From assembly GCA_963768055.1 (NCBI GenBank), contig CAVYGN010000002.1, positions 128,001 to 192,000 of the forward strand: 64,000 bases of DNA, in the 5' to 3' direction. Made by a program: the position numbers and the translations under genes. Of the stretch, positions 49,324 to 58,678 are shown one piece after another. The stretch's first letter is position 1, and every line of letters begins with the position of its first letter. The notes beneath the pieces are model-generated. The model ran no database searches and was not told the DNA's origin. It saw nothing but the letters and a program-made list of their open reading frames with translations. This DNA comes from an uncultured Spirochaetota bacterium. GTDB lineage: Bacteria; Spirochaetota; Brevinematia; Brevinematales; JAOACQ01.

Positions 49324-50316
49324 ATGAAACATCTCTTCTCATTGATGATTATCTGGATTTTCATGTTAACATTTAATTTTGTTTTTTGTGAAACTATTTT
49401 CGATGCTGCAAAAGACGGCGACTCTGAATTTATTTCAGAATATGTTAAGAACGGCGGGAATATTAATATTTTCCATGTGAACGAGTACGGCCTGAAGGAT
49501 AAAACTCCTTTAATGTTTGCCGCTGAAGCCGGAAATGAAAAAAGCATAAATCTCCTTTTAAGTAAAGGTGCGGATGTTAATGCACATACGCCTTATCCTA
49601 TATTAAAAAAAACATCATATTATATAGCTGCTCTGAATTATGCAGCAATCTCAGGAAAAGATGATTGTCTCAGAATTCTTATCAAATCAGGAACTGACTT
49701 AAAAATGTTTGGTGAATTGGCGATGAGAGAAGCGGCTGCCAATAAACATGCAGACAGTGTCCGGATTTTGAAAGAAGCGGGAGCTATATTTTCAGATACA
49801 AATACTATTTTAATAATAGGAGAATATGATTCTGAGAGCCTTCAAATATTAATGAATAATGGATTTAACTGCACGAATAGCAGTGGTATATTAATTTATG
49901 CCGCCGGCAGGAGCGATATCGAATTAATAAAGGTTCTGATAAAAGGAGGAGTGGATTTAAAAAAATTCGAAGCAGATGCTTTATGTGCTGCCGTAGATAA
50001 TATGCCTTTCCGCGGTGGATTAACCGATATTGGTTCAATGTCAGTGGGAACAAATAAAAACGGCCAGTTTGTAACCAATAGTGTTAAAATGCATGTAGCA
50101 GATCCTTTAATCAATGATCGCCGGTCAGATCCGGAATGGGATGCTACGGTAACAATGAAAGATAATACTAACGCCGAGTGCCTGCGGATTCTTATAGAAG
50201 CCGGGGCGGATGTCAATTCTAAACGGAAAGATGGAAAAACCCCTTTAAAGATAGCCAGATCCTGGGGTTTTCAACATTGCGCAACTCTTCTCATGAATGC
50301 CGGAGCGACAAACTGA
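49324..50316 (+). CDS. Exported ankyrin-repeat protein
   Basis: Signal peptide; TPLMFAA..G, GADVN repeats. Confidence 0.88.
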   Translation: MKHLFSLMIIWIFMLTFNFVFCETIFDAAKDGDSEFISEYVKNGGNINIFHVNEYGLKDKTPLMFAAEAGNEKSINLLLSKGADVNAHTPYPILKKTSYYIAALNYAAISGKDDCLRILIKSGTDLKMFGELAMREAAANKHADSVRILKEAGAIFSDTNTILIIGEYDSESLQILMNNGFNCTNSSGILIYAAGRSDIELIKVLIKGGVDLKKFEADALCAAVDNMPFRGGLTDIGSMSVGTNKNGQFVTNSVKMHVADPLINDRRSDPEWDATVTMKDNTNAECLRILIEAGADVNSKRKDGKTPLKIARSWGFQHCATLLMNAGATN

Positions 50317-50370
50317 ACGCTACCTTTATCTCTTTTTATTCTTGCGGTTTTTGTAATAAAGAAAACTTTT

Positions 50371-50456
50371 CATATAACTCTTATGGATTTTATAGATAAT
50401 ACTCTTCATTTGGAAAATAATAATCATAGTAATCTGTGAAATCAGTGGTTTCAATC
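50371..50456 (-). repeat. Family-D repeat, right arm (inverted)
   Basis: CATATAAC...TGGATTTTATAGATAA...ATCTGTGAAATCAGTGGTTTCAATC. Confidence 0.75.
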
Positions 50457-50478
50457 AATTGTTCGGAAATGATTTAAT

Positions 50479-50505
50479 TAAAGTTTTAAAGCAAGGTTCC
50501 GATAA
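50479..50505 (+). promoter_or_regulatory. Putative sigma28 (FliA) promoter
   Basis: TAAA-15 bp-TCCGATAA versus consensus TAAA-N15-GCCGATAA. Confidence 0.55.
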
Positions 50506-50549
50506 TAGATGTAGGGAAGCTCCGCCCTTATTTTTTAGCCTGAAAACCC

Positions 50550-50578
50550 TTGATTTTTATTGAAAAATAAGCTATATT
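50550..50578 (+). promoter_or_regulatory. Putative sigma70 promoter of tmRNA
   Basis: TTGATT-17 bp-TATATT, 10 bp upstream of the tmRNA 5' end. Confidence 0.6.
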
Positions 50579-50588
50579 TTGTTTGAAA

Positions 50589-50936
50589 GGGGGCGTATGG
50601 CTTTCGACTGAGACGGCGGGATTTATAGACTTCAGGCAGGGCTTGAGTAACCCTTTAAACTGCTCAGAAAATATAAACGCAAAAGACGATTATTCGTTTG
50701 CGATGGCGGCGTAAGCCGCCCCCTGTTAGCTTTTCTCTCCTTCGGGATTGCTGACAGGTCAGAATAGAGGGATAAGCTCCGCAGGGCCGGGATGCGGAGC
50801 CGAAACAATCCCGGCTTTGAAATAAACGGTTCTCGTTCCTTCTCCGTTTATTTTGAAAAAAAAGAGGGTTCTAAGCTTGTGAATAAAGTTTATTTATTCC
50901 GGTTTCAGGACGTGGGTTCGATTCCCACCGCCTCCA
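50589..50936 (+). ncRNA. ssrA: tmRNA; tag (A)AKDDYSFAMAA at 50679-50714
   Basis: GGGGGCG..TTCGAC 5' end pairs with CGCCTCCA (G3.U wobble); T-arm GTGGGTTCGATTCCCAC; resume codon after ATAAAC. Confidence 0.96.
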
Positions 50937-50964
50937 GTTTTATACTCCTTGAATGGAGGATTTT

Positions 50965-51285
50965 ATGAAGATAGAGGGAATAAATTTAATCCCTCATACC
51001 AACAATGTCAAAGCAACTGCCGATGTAAACACCAGGGGCAAGGATTTTTCAACAATAATAAAAATCCGTGAAGGAAATACTCAAGGCGTAAATCTGCCGA
51101 AAAACACGAATAAAGACCTGGTCCAGGATTTCGCAGAGTGGTATTTCAAAGAGGGAAAGTCTTATGAATCCACTAAAAGTTATAAACAAGCCATTTCAGC
51201 ATATGAAAAATCCAATTCCGCAGAACCCGATATTGACAAGGCTCACACCATAGATCAGGTCAGGAAAAAGGCCTACGATAAATAG
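50965..51285 (+). CDS. Hypothetical protein with a TPR-like C-terminus
   Basis: GGAGGA RBS; WYFKEG..Y.....Y.QAI.AY.K. Confidence 0.7.
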   Translation: MKIEGINLIPHTNNVKATADVNTRGKDFSTIIKIREGNTQGVNLPKNTNKDLVQDFAEWYFKEGKSYESTKSYKQAISAYEKSNSAEPDIDKAHTIDQVRKKAYDK

Positions 51286-51322
51286 CCGCTGCCCAGGCCG
51301 CTGTAAAAAAGGGAAAAGACCG

Positions 51323-52012
51323 ATGAAATTTCGCCTGATAATTGTATCGTCGTTTTTATTATTTTCTATGTTATATTCATGTTCTCAGGATTCAACCTCC
51401 ATGACTGTTATTTCGATAGAAGCAGTCGGTAATTGGGTCAATTTTAACGGCAGCGCCCTTTCAGCAAGTGAAGGGGTAATCAAAAGATCAAGGGATATAA
51501 GGATAAGCCCGAGTGAATTTTATGTCGACATACGAACTATAAAGATCAAAAGCGAATCAGGACCCTGGGTTACACTGCTTGACAAGTCTTTATCAGGAAA
51601 CAGGGAGATCGTCGGCACAACTTCCATACCTTCAAGATCGCCCGTAAAACCGGCCGAATATACCACGATTCTAGTCGGTATAGGTAAAAACTGGTTTTTA
51701 AGAGGTATCTATACGAATTCGATTGGTATCCCGATTAACTTTTCGATAACAAATACCAATTCGGTTGAAACCGAATATTTTCTTTTCAGCACGCCTAAAG
51801 AGGCAAAAAAACTTACAAATTCAGACGGCATCTGTTCAAATGCAGCCGTTTCCCTGATTAATAGCAGGGGTTATATTTTCAAGAGCGGAGATTATAAGCA
51901 AATCTATCTTTTTTTTGACACGCTGGGTATGATCAATGTATCGACAGACTCCCAGGGAAATATTTCGAACGTTTCGATCAGCAGACCCACGCTTGACATT
52001 AATATCAATTAG
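51323..52012 (+). CDS. Hypothetical lipoprotein
   Basis: LYSC lipobox; beta-rich. Confidence 0.7.
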   Translation: MKFRLIIVSSFLLFSMLYSCSQDSTSMTVISIEAVGNWVNFNGSALSASEGVIKRSRDIRISPSEFYVDIRTIKIKSESGPWVTLLDKSLSGNREIVGTTSIPSRSPVKPAEYTTILVGIGKNWFLRGIYTNSIGIPINFSITNTNSVETEYFLFSTPKEAKKLTNSDGICSNAAVSLINSRGYIFKSGDYKQIYLFFDTLGMINVSTDSQGNISNVSISRPTLDININ

Positions 52013-52028
52013 TGATTTAGAGGCCCTA

Positions 52029-52433
52029 ATGAAATTACCGAGGAACTTCCCACTTTCTTCCGGGATCGATCCTGTACCTTTTATCAATGTCTTTTTCCTG
52101 ATCTTCATGTTTTACATTTTTTATCCAGAGGCTCTTAAAAGCAGGGTTTTTGATATAAATTCTTATTCCCAGTCCGCTAAGACCGGTATTCTTTACGACA
52201 CGGAAGCCGTTGTAACACTTAAACAAAACGGCATGGTCATGATCAACCGAATTCCCGTCCGATGGGATAATCTGGGTATTAAGATAAAAGAAATTTACAA
52301 CATGGACAGCAACATAACAGTGATCATCAAGGGTGATAAAAGCGTCCCCTTTGGAAAGATAATGGATACTATGAATGTCCTAAGATTGACCGGCATTAAG
52401 AAAATGCGCCTGGCAGCGGAAATTATGAAATGA
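52029..52433 (+). CDS. exbD: ExbD/TolR-family protein
   Basis: ID.VPFINVFF TM; V.IKGDK.VPFG.IM..M; precedes TonB. Confidence 0.8.
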   Translation: MKLPRNFPLSSGIDPVPFINVFFLIFMFYIFYPEALKSRVFDINSYSQSAKTGILYDTEAVVTLKQNGMVMINRIPVRWDNLGIKIKEIYNMDSNITVIIKGDKSVPFGKIMDTMNVLRLTGIKKMRLAAEIMK

Positions 52434-52443
52434 GTGAAAAAAC

Positions 52444-53241
52444 ATGAAAGAACTGGGTATTAAAAAAAGCTTTATTATCTCGCTTTCCGGACATCTTCTC
52501 TTTCTTCTCATTTTTACTTTTGTTATGGCTTCCGGCATAAAGAATGAAGACAAAGATCTGGTTACAGTCAGCCTGGAACCCATTGGAGAAAGCATATCGA
52601 AGGGCCTCGGCGACAATATTTACGAGCCTGCCGAAAAACCCATGCCCAGGCTTACTGATAAAAAAACTTTACCGGAGGCGAATAAAACCATACCTGAAAA
52701 GACTTTGCCTGAAAAAGAAAATGAAAGCGTAAAGAATATCCCCGGGGCTACTGGTGAAGATCTTGCCAAGGAAACACATAACAGTAAAACCGACACGGCT
52801 AATTTAAACAACATAAGCAATTCCATCAGCCAGGAAGAAAATAAGCAGCAGGAAATTAAAAAGCTCTTCGGGGATATCGAAAAAGCCCTTGAACAGGGCG
52901 GATCTTCTTCATCAAATGAAGGAAAAGGCGCCTACTCTTCCGGAGGCGACCCTCTTTCCGATGCATCCTGGGGTTTAAGGCCGAGGAAAACAACCTTCTT
53001 TCCGGATATTCAATCAAAGATACCGGATAAATATAAAAAAAAGGGACTCAGCTATTCCATTACGGTAATACTTACTTTCGATAAAAACGGACTGGCATCA
53101 AGGGTGGAAATTATCAGCTCGTCAGGTGATCCGGCTATTGACAGCATCTTCAACGAGGAATTGAGAAAAATCCGTGTCGAACCCATCGATGAAGACCGCA
53201 TCGATAAAATAACCAAGGTTTTTAAAATATCTTTGAAATAG
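52444..53241 (+). CDS. TonB-family energy transducer
   Basis: N-terminal TM with S...H, flexible linker, C-terminal SSG...ID. Confidence 0.78.
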   Translation: MKELGIKKSFIISLSGHLLFLLIFTFVMASGIKNEDKDLVTVSLEPIGESISKGLGDNIYEPAEKPMPRLTDKKTLPEANKTIPEKTLPEKENESVKNIPGATGEDLAKETHNSKTDTANLNNISNSISQEENKQQEIKKLFGDIEKALEQGGSSSSNEGKGAYSSGGDPLSDASWGLRPRKTTFFPDIQSKIPDKYKKKGLSYSITVILTFDKNGLASRVEIISSSGDPAIDSIFNEELRKIRVEPIDEDRIDKITKVFKISLK

Positions 53242-53259
53242 CCTGCTTAAGGTGCTTCT

Positions 53260-53970
53260 ATGAAACGCAAAATCTTGAATATCGCCCACCGGGGCGGGAG
53301 GGGCCTTGCGCCTGAAAACACTCTCCGCGCTTTTTTAACAGCCGTTTCCGCCGGCGCGGACGCTATTGAATTCGACGTGCAGAGGACAATTGACGGAAAG
53401 CTGGTCGTATTTCATGATAAGGACCTTAAGAGGACGATGGGTTTGAGCGTTTATTTGAAAGATATTACGTTTGAAGGATTGCGGAAGCTTGACGCGGGCG
53501 GGGGCGAAAAGGTACCGCTTCTTGAAGAAACGCTCAAGCTTGCGTTAAAGCACCGTCTCTTAATGATCATTGAACTAAAAAACCCTGAAGTTTTTCCCGG
53601 GATCGAGGAAGAGGTCTACAGCCTCATATCGAACCTTGACGCTGCCGAGCTTGTAAAGATCGCCTCTTTTAGCGCCCATTCACTGGACCGCTTCAGACTA
53701 ATATCTTCACATTTTAAGCCGCCCCTAGTCAGGAATTACCGTTTCGAAATGCCGGAAAGGCTTGAATATTACGACGCGGTAAGCGTCGATGCACGGTATT
53801 TTCGGCTGTTTCCATGGAGGATGAGAAAATATAGAAGGCATTGCGAAGATGTTTTCGTATGGAACGTCAACAGGGAACAGGATATGAAATATTTCATCAA
53901 AATCGGTGTTGACGGAATAATAACGGATTATCCGGACAGGCTGGCAAGGATAATAACCGATTCAAAATAA
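53260..53970 (+). CDS. Glycerophosphodiester phosphodiesterase
   Basis: IAHRG...PENT, EFDV, HD, IELK, GVDGIITDYP. Confidence 0.93.
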   Translation: MKRKILNIAHRGGRGLAPENTLRAFLTAVSAGADAIEFDVQRTIDGKLVVFHDKDLKRTMGLSVYLKDITFEGLRKLDAGGGEKVPLLEETLKLALKHRLLMIIELKNPEVFPGIEEEVYSLISNLDAAELVKIASFSAHSLDRFRLISSHFKPPLVRNYRFEMPERLEYYDAVSVDARYFRLFPWRMRKYRRHCEDVFVWNVNREQDMKYFIKIGVDGIITDYPDRLARIITDSK

Positions 53971-53984
53971 TATAAAGACATCAG

Positions 53985-54059
53985 CATGAAACAATTTTTT
54001 TATCGAGCGGAACTCGAATGCTTGAGCTGCAGCGGCTCAAAACGGCGTCAAGCGCTGGA
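53985..54059 (+). repeat. Family-B partial copy (58679 subtype)
   Basis: ATGAA.CAATTTTT..TATCGAG....ACTCGA..GCTTGAGC...TCAAAAC.GCG.CAA.CGCTG. Confidence 0.75.
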
Positions 54060-54068
54060 GGCCGACCA

Positions 54069-54337
54069 GATCAATATGCCAATCTTCATGAAGTAAATTT
54101 TTTCCGGGCAGTATTCGACAGCGTTTGTGTTGAAAGCATGATATGCTAAGTTACAAAATTACGGCAAGCGTTGATTGAATGCTTTTAAAAAAAAGAAATT
54201 TTAATTATCTGATGTGTAGAATAATTAATATTAACGGAATCTTACTATACGCTTGCTATTCAATTTTTCCTTGCATTTCTCGGGCTGTCTCATAAAGCCA
54301 CGGAAAAAATTTACTTCAATTCGAGTCGCATATTGTC
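54069..54337 (+). repeat. Family-B complete copy
   Basis: Terminal inverted repeats CAATATGC...GAAGTAAATTTTTTCCG / CGGAAAAAATTTACTTC...GCATATTG. Confidence 0.85.
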
Positions 54338-54413
54338 TTTATTCGGGGGAAAGGACTGATGACTGTCGACTATGGACTTTGGACTTGCTTTCGCCGTTTT
54401 TCCGCGGCAGCAA

Positions 54414-54560
54414 TGTCATCATTTAGAGGACCCCGTCACCAGTTTGTCTGGCCTCACCGTTATTGCTAACAAACTGGTGAGGAGGACGAGAAATCTTGCA
54501 CCGGGGGAAGATTTCTCCCCGCCCCGCTGGGTCAGGATAAACGCTTCGCTCGAAATGACA
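54414..54560. repeat. Family-C REP-like palindrome
   Basis: TGTCAT...GAGAAATCTT...AAGATTTCTC...CGAAATGACA with an inserted TCACCAGTTTGT/ACAAACTGGTGA hairpin. Confidence 0.8.
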
Positions 54561-54680
54561 CACTTTCATAAGTTGCGGAAAAAATTAAATTCAAAAAAGG
54601 CAACATGTATTTTCAATTTGGTAGGATGGGGCTGGGGCTTACTAATTGTCGTTTTGTCTGCTCCTGAATAATCATGTTTC

Positions 54681-55388
54681 CTAGTTGATCTGCCCTTCAA
54701 GAGCAATAATCAATTCAGATAAACTGGCATTTCTATTTTTTACATTTAAACAAAGGTTTTCATAACTCAAAGAGTTTACTGTTCTTAGAGCAATTTTCTT
54801 ACGCTTTCTATATGTCATACCTACAAGTTGATATATTTGCTTTAGTGTTTCTGATGGATGTGGAATTGTTTCAGTAGAAGCACTTGAAATATCAATGCCA
54901 CTTATTCTGTTAGCATCTTCTAGAGTAAGTAAAGGAGAAATTTTTTTATAGTGATTCTCTTCACCGATAAACCAAGCCTCAAGTTCCATGATCGCCAATA
55001 TGATATTGACTGTGAGACCAGATTGTGGTATATTATGAAGTAAGCCATGCTTTAATCTATTAACATTTGTAATATCTACTATTTCAGGTGGATGATAAGC
55101 ATCTCTTAGGCCAATAACATATGAGTAGGCTTGCGCTTTTAAGCTTCCATGTCTCTCAATAATATAAGACTTTATTGATGAATCCCCTCCACAATCAAAT
55201 ATTAAAACATAATATTTATTTTCATTTACGGAATTTGCCATATTTAAGGTAATAAGTTTAGATTCAATATGTCCTCGTATTTCTTTCGCTTCAACAACAA
55301 GGTCATGTTTGCCAAATATTACAGTGACTAATTCACTCATAAATAATAATTCAGTTTGCCCTTCAACAAAAATTGCAATTTTCTTCAT
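54681..55388 (-). CDS. DUF4276/TOPRIM-like putative nuclease
   Basis: IFVEGQTE..F, LRD, MELEAWF; AT-rich; ATGA-coupled to the ATPase. Confidence 0.7.
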   Translation of the reverse strand: MKKIAIFVEGQTELLFMSELVTVIFGKHDLVVEAKEIRGHIESKLITLNMANSVNENKYYVLIFDCGGDSSIKSYIIERHGSLKAQAYSYVIGLRDAYHPPEIVDITNVNRLKHGLLHNIPQSGLTVNIILAIMELEAWFIGEENHYKKISPLLTLEDANRISGIDISSASTETIPHPSETLKQIYQLVGMTYRKRKKIALRTVNSLSYENLCLNVKNRNASLSELIIALEGQIN

Positions 55389-56533
55389 TTCTCTTCAAGA
55401 CCCTTTTCATAAAATTTTGTTGAAAGAAAATCAAAGTTTGAAAGCCCGGTATATACAAAATCATTGAATATATCTGCAGAGTTCTTATTGTTAAATATTT
55501 TACAATGATTATCGTTTCGTTGAATTACTTGCCAGTATTTTAAATCCACCGCATTCATTACAAAACGATCGTTTGTAGCCATTATTATTTGTATATTATT
55601 GTTATCCACATTTTCTGATAAAAATCCAATTATCTTTGTAGCTCTATCATAATCAAGTCCTTCCCCTATATCATCAATTAATAATGTTGAAGGTTTTAAT
55701 GTTTTCTCACTGTAAATAATTTGAATTATTAGTGATAAAACCCTAAACATTCCCTGCGACATCTCAGTTTGATACGTTACCGCAGATCGATCAGTTTCTT
55801 TTACATTTAGAAAATAAATTGGACCACCAAATGGAGACAGTATTGATAAATTAGGATTCGTAGAAACACCAATATCTGAAATTTCGTATCCGATAAAGCT
55901 CATATTTTTGATTATTAGATCTAAAAATTCTTTACCAAATCTTTTCTTTCCATTCAGAAACATAGATGTAACTTGATTTGTATCTCTTATGTTAACGTTA
56001 ATATTATCAAGATCGTTAATTACAAGTCCATTTTCTCTACCAAGAGGCGTACTAAATTGGTAATGTCGTACCCCCAATGCCCACTGAAAAAGTTTTTCAA
56101 GATAAGGGTGTTGAATCTCATCTCTTCTTGTAATAGCCACGATTAAATTTTGTGGTACCTTAATTTCAAGATCCTTTCCCTCCTTACTAGCATATATTTT
56201 GCAACTACCATCATTTTCTCTATCTAAAACTCGTTTATCATTTATATATAGTTTCTCAAATTCAATTTTCTTGTTTTTAAAGGACAAATTATATCTGAAA
56301 TGTTGTTCATCTTTAGAATCATAAAACTCTGCTAAGTACGTGCCAGTGTCAAACATTTGACTCTGAAAACCAGACAAAACATTACCAAGACCTGCAATTA
56401 TATTGATTGTTCTAGTTTTCCCTGTGGCGTTTTTCCCTACTAAAAGATTTATTTGTTCTAAACTCCATTCTTCTAGTACCCACTCATTTGGTAAATTGTC
56501 ATATTCTATATAACTAATTTGTTTTAAAAACAT
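55385..56533 (-). CDS. ABC-type (AAA_21-like) ATPase
   Basis: Walker A GKNATGKT, signature MSQG, Walker B LLIDDIGEGLD; GGAG RBS before MFLKQ. Confidence 0.85.
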   Translation of the reverse strand: MFLKQISYIEYDNLPNEWVLEEWSLEQINLLVGKNATGKTRTINIIAGLGNVLSGFQSQMFDTGTYLAEFYDSKDEQHFRYNLSFKNKKIEFEKLYINDKRVLDRENDGSCKIYASKEGKDLEIKVPQNLIVAITRRDEIQHPYLEKLFQWALGVRHYQFSTPLGRENGLVINDLDNINVNIRDTNQVTSMFLNGKKRFGKEFLDLIIKNMSFIGYEISDIGVSTNPNLSILSPFGGPIYFLNVKETDRSAVTYQTEMSQGMFRVLSLIIQIIYSEKTLKPSTLLIDDIGEGLDYDRATKIIGFLSENVDNNNIQIIMATNDRFVMNAVDLKYWQVIQRNDNHCKIFNNKNSADIFNDFVYTGLSNFDFLSTKFYEKGLEEK

Positions 56534-56685
56534 TATTTTACTCCAAACAGAAATATTTAAACTGATTTTACTTATTTTAAAATAAATTGTCAATATTGTG
56601 TGTTAATATTATGTGTCAGTATTGGAAGTAAAAAAACGAAATTTTAAGGGAATAATACTTTAAGGAGAACAAAAAAACAATAAGT

Positions 56686-56712
56686 GATATTCATGAAATC
56701 TGTGGTTCCAAT
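56686..56712 (-). repeat. Family-D repeat upstream of the ATPase
   Basis: Reverse complement ATTGGAACCACAGATTTCATGAATATC. Confidence 0.7.
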
Positions 56713-56803
56713 TTGTTAAATTCTTGTTTAATTTTGAAATATTTTAAACCCCATTACGTCATCTCATTTGTCAACAGTGCTTTCTTTTATTAAATTTACT
56801 TCA

Positions 56804-56913
56804 GGGCGCTTCTAATAACCGCCTTTCCAAGGCGGATAGGTAGCGCCCATAGGGCAAATTATAAACAATTAGAATGCTAATTGTTATTAACAATGTTAGT
56901 TATTGAACTGCCC
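56804..56913. mobile_element. Family-A MITE (110 bp)
   Basis: GGGCGCTTCTAATAAC...GTTATTGAACTGCCC; TTCA on both flanks. Confidence 0.75.
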
Positions 56914-56932
56914 TTCAAAAAAAGGATATGAT

Positions 56933-57877
56933 ATGCATGCCATTTCCGTCAACGGCCTGTCCAAGAAATTCAAGGATGTCCTGGCCGTCGATAATATTTC
57001 GTTCAACGTCGACAAGGGAGAGCTGTTCGGTTTCCTGGGCCCGAACGGCGCCGGTAAAACCACGACCATAAACATGCTTTCAACCCTCATCAGGCCGAGC
57101 TCCGGAGAAGCGCATGTAATGGATTTCGACATCTGCAGGCAGAGGGACCATGTGAGGAAAAGCATCGGAGTCGTTTTCCAGGAACCCGCCCTTGACAGCA
57201 GATTGACGGGCAGGGAAAACCTGGAATTCCATGCCATGATGTACAGCATGGGCAAATCCGAAAGGATGTCAAGGATAAAAGAGGTCCTGGAGCTTGTCGA
57301 ACTCTCGGATAAAGCCGGCAAAAAAGTCGAAACATATTCGGGCGGTATGAAGCGAAGGCTTGAAATAGCGAGGGGGCTTATGCATAGGCCGGATATACTT
57401 TTCCTTGACGAACCGACAATCGGGCTCGATTCTCAGACAAGAAGGCATATCTGGGACTATATAAAAAAACTCAACCATGAGAACGGCATAACAATGATGC
57501 TTACGACACATTATATGGAAGAAGCGGATTTTCTTTGCGACAGGATTCTTATAATCGATTACGGTAAAATTGTCGCCCTGGATACGCCCGCTAACCTTAA
57601 AAACATCCTCGGAGGCGACGTGGTCGATATTGAAATAACCGACTCTTGTGCAGATTTCGTTCAGGAGCTTAAAAAACTCGATTGGATAAAGACCGTAAAG
57701 GAACATGACTGCCGGCTGAGCCTGACAATGAATAACGGGGAAAAAAGGATACCCGGTCTTGTTGCCCTGGCCGTTAAGTCAAATTTAAACATAGCTTCCA
57801 TCAATCTGCATAAACCCAGCCTTGATGATGTATTCATACATTTCACGGGAAAAACTATCCGTGAAAAGGAATCTTAG
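56933..57877 (+). CDS. ABC-2 exporter ATP-binding subunit (DrrA-like)
   Basis: GPNGAGKTT, YSGGMKRRLEIA, FLDEPT, TTHYMEEA, PSLDDVF. Confidence 0.94.
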   Translation: MHAISVNGLSKKFKDVLAVDNISFNVDKGELFGFLGPNGAGKTTTINMLSTLIRPSSGEAHVMDFDICRQRDHVRKSIGVVFQEPALDSRLTGRENLEFHAMMYSMGKSERMSRIKEVLELVELSDKAGKKVETYSGGMKRRLEIARGLMHRPDILFLDEPTIGLDSQTRRHIWDYIKKLNHENGITMMLTTHYMEEADFLCDRILIIDYGKIVALDTPANLKNILGGDVVDIEITDSCADFVQELKKLDWIKTVKEHDCRLSLTMNNGEKRIPGLVALAVKSNLNIASINLHKPSLDDVFIHFTGKTIREKES

Positions 57878-57890
57878 ATAGGGGTCTCTT

Positions 57891-58658
57891 ATGAAAAGAA
57901 ATCTTATGGTAATATATGTAATGTGGCTGAGGGATATGAAGCGGTTTGTCCGGGCCCCTTCAAGAATCATAGGGAGCCTGGTCATCCCCTTTCTACTGCT
58001 CATATCCCTCGGACTTGGCCTCGGCAAGATGGCCGTGCCCGGCCTTTCGGCAAATGTCGGCTATCTGGGTTTTTTAGTGCCCGGTATGGCTGCTATGACC
58101 ATACTTTTTACCGGGATGTTTTCAGGACTATCGGTGCTCTGGGACAGGCAGTACGGTTTCCTCAAAGAGATAATGGTGGCCCCGGTTTCAAGGGTTTCCA
58201 TCGTTATAGGAAGGATAGTAAGCGGCGCGACAACCGGGGTAATTCAGACCTATCTGCTGATTTTCATTTCAATTTTTATAGGGTTTAAATTACCCTCGAT
58301 TTTATCCCTGTGCATTGCCTTAGTATTCATGATCTTAATGGCTTTTATATTTACAAGCATAGGGCTGATATTCGCATCCAGGATGAAAGACGAACAGGGC
58401 TTCGGCCTGATAATGAATTTTCTGGTGTTTCCCCTGCTTTTCCTTTCGGGAGCGTTCGTACCCCTGAATAATTTCCCGCTATGGGTAAAAATTGTTTCTT
58501 TTGCAAACCCAATGACTTACGGAGTGGACGGTTTAAGGAACACTCTTCTTGGTTCCTCTGCGATCCCGCTTCCCGTAAGCCTCATTGTATCCGGTTCGAT
58601 CGCCGTACTTCTGATAATTGCCGGCTCCTGGTTCTTTGAGACAAGCGAGATAGTATAG
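57891..58658 (+). CDS. ABC-2 exporter permease (DrrB-like)
   Basis: FLVPG, DRQYGFLKEIMVAP, FLSGAF.P, NPMTYGVD. Confidence 0.93.
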   Translation: MKRNLMVIYVMWLRDMKRFVRAPSRIIGSLVIPFLLLISLGLGLGKMAVPGLSANVGYLGFLVPGMAAMTILFTGMFSGLSVLWDRQYGFLKEIMVAPVSRVSIVIGRIVSGATTGVIQTYLLIFISIFIGFKLPSILSLCIALVFMILMAFIFTSIGLIFASRMKDEQGFGLIMNFLVFPLLFLSGAFVPLNNFPLWVKIVSFANPMTYGVDGLRNTLLGSSAIPLPVSLIVSGSIAVLLIIAGSWFFETSEIV

Positions 58659-58678
58659 GGCCGTTAAAACAATACACC

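Noticed and set aside
54372..54671. 99-aa ORF in the track (also 27614-27871 and 23311-23511)
   Set aside because: Read through palindromic repeats or antisense to real genes; no protein features.
50589..56712. Genomic island integrated at tmRNA
   Set aside because: No integrase and no duplicated tmRNA 3' end found downstream; the genes right after tmRNA look native.
56903..56932. N-terminal extension of the ABC ATPase
   Set aside because: TTG start lies inside the family-A MITE; AAGGA precedes ATG 56933.
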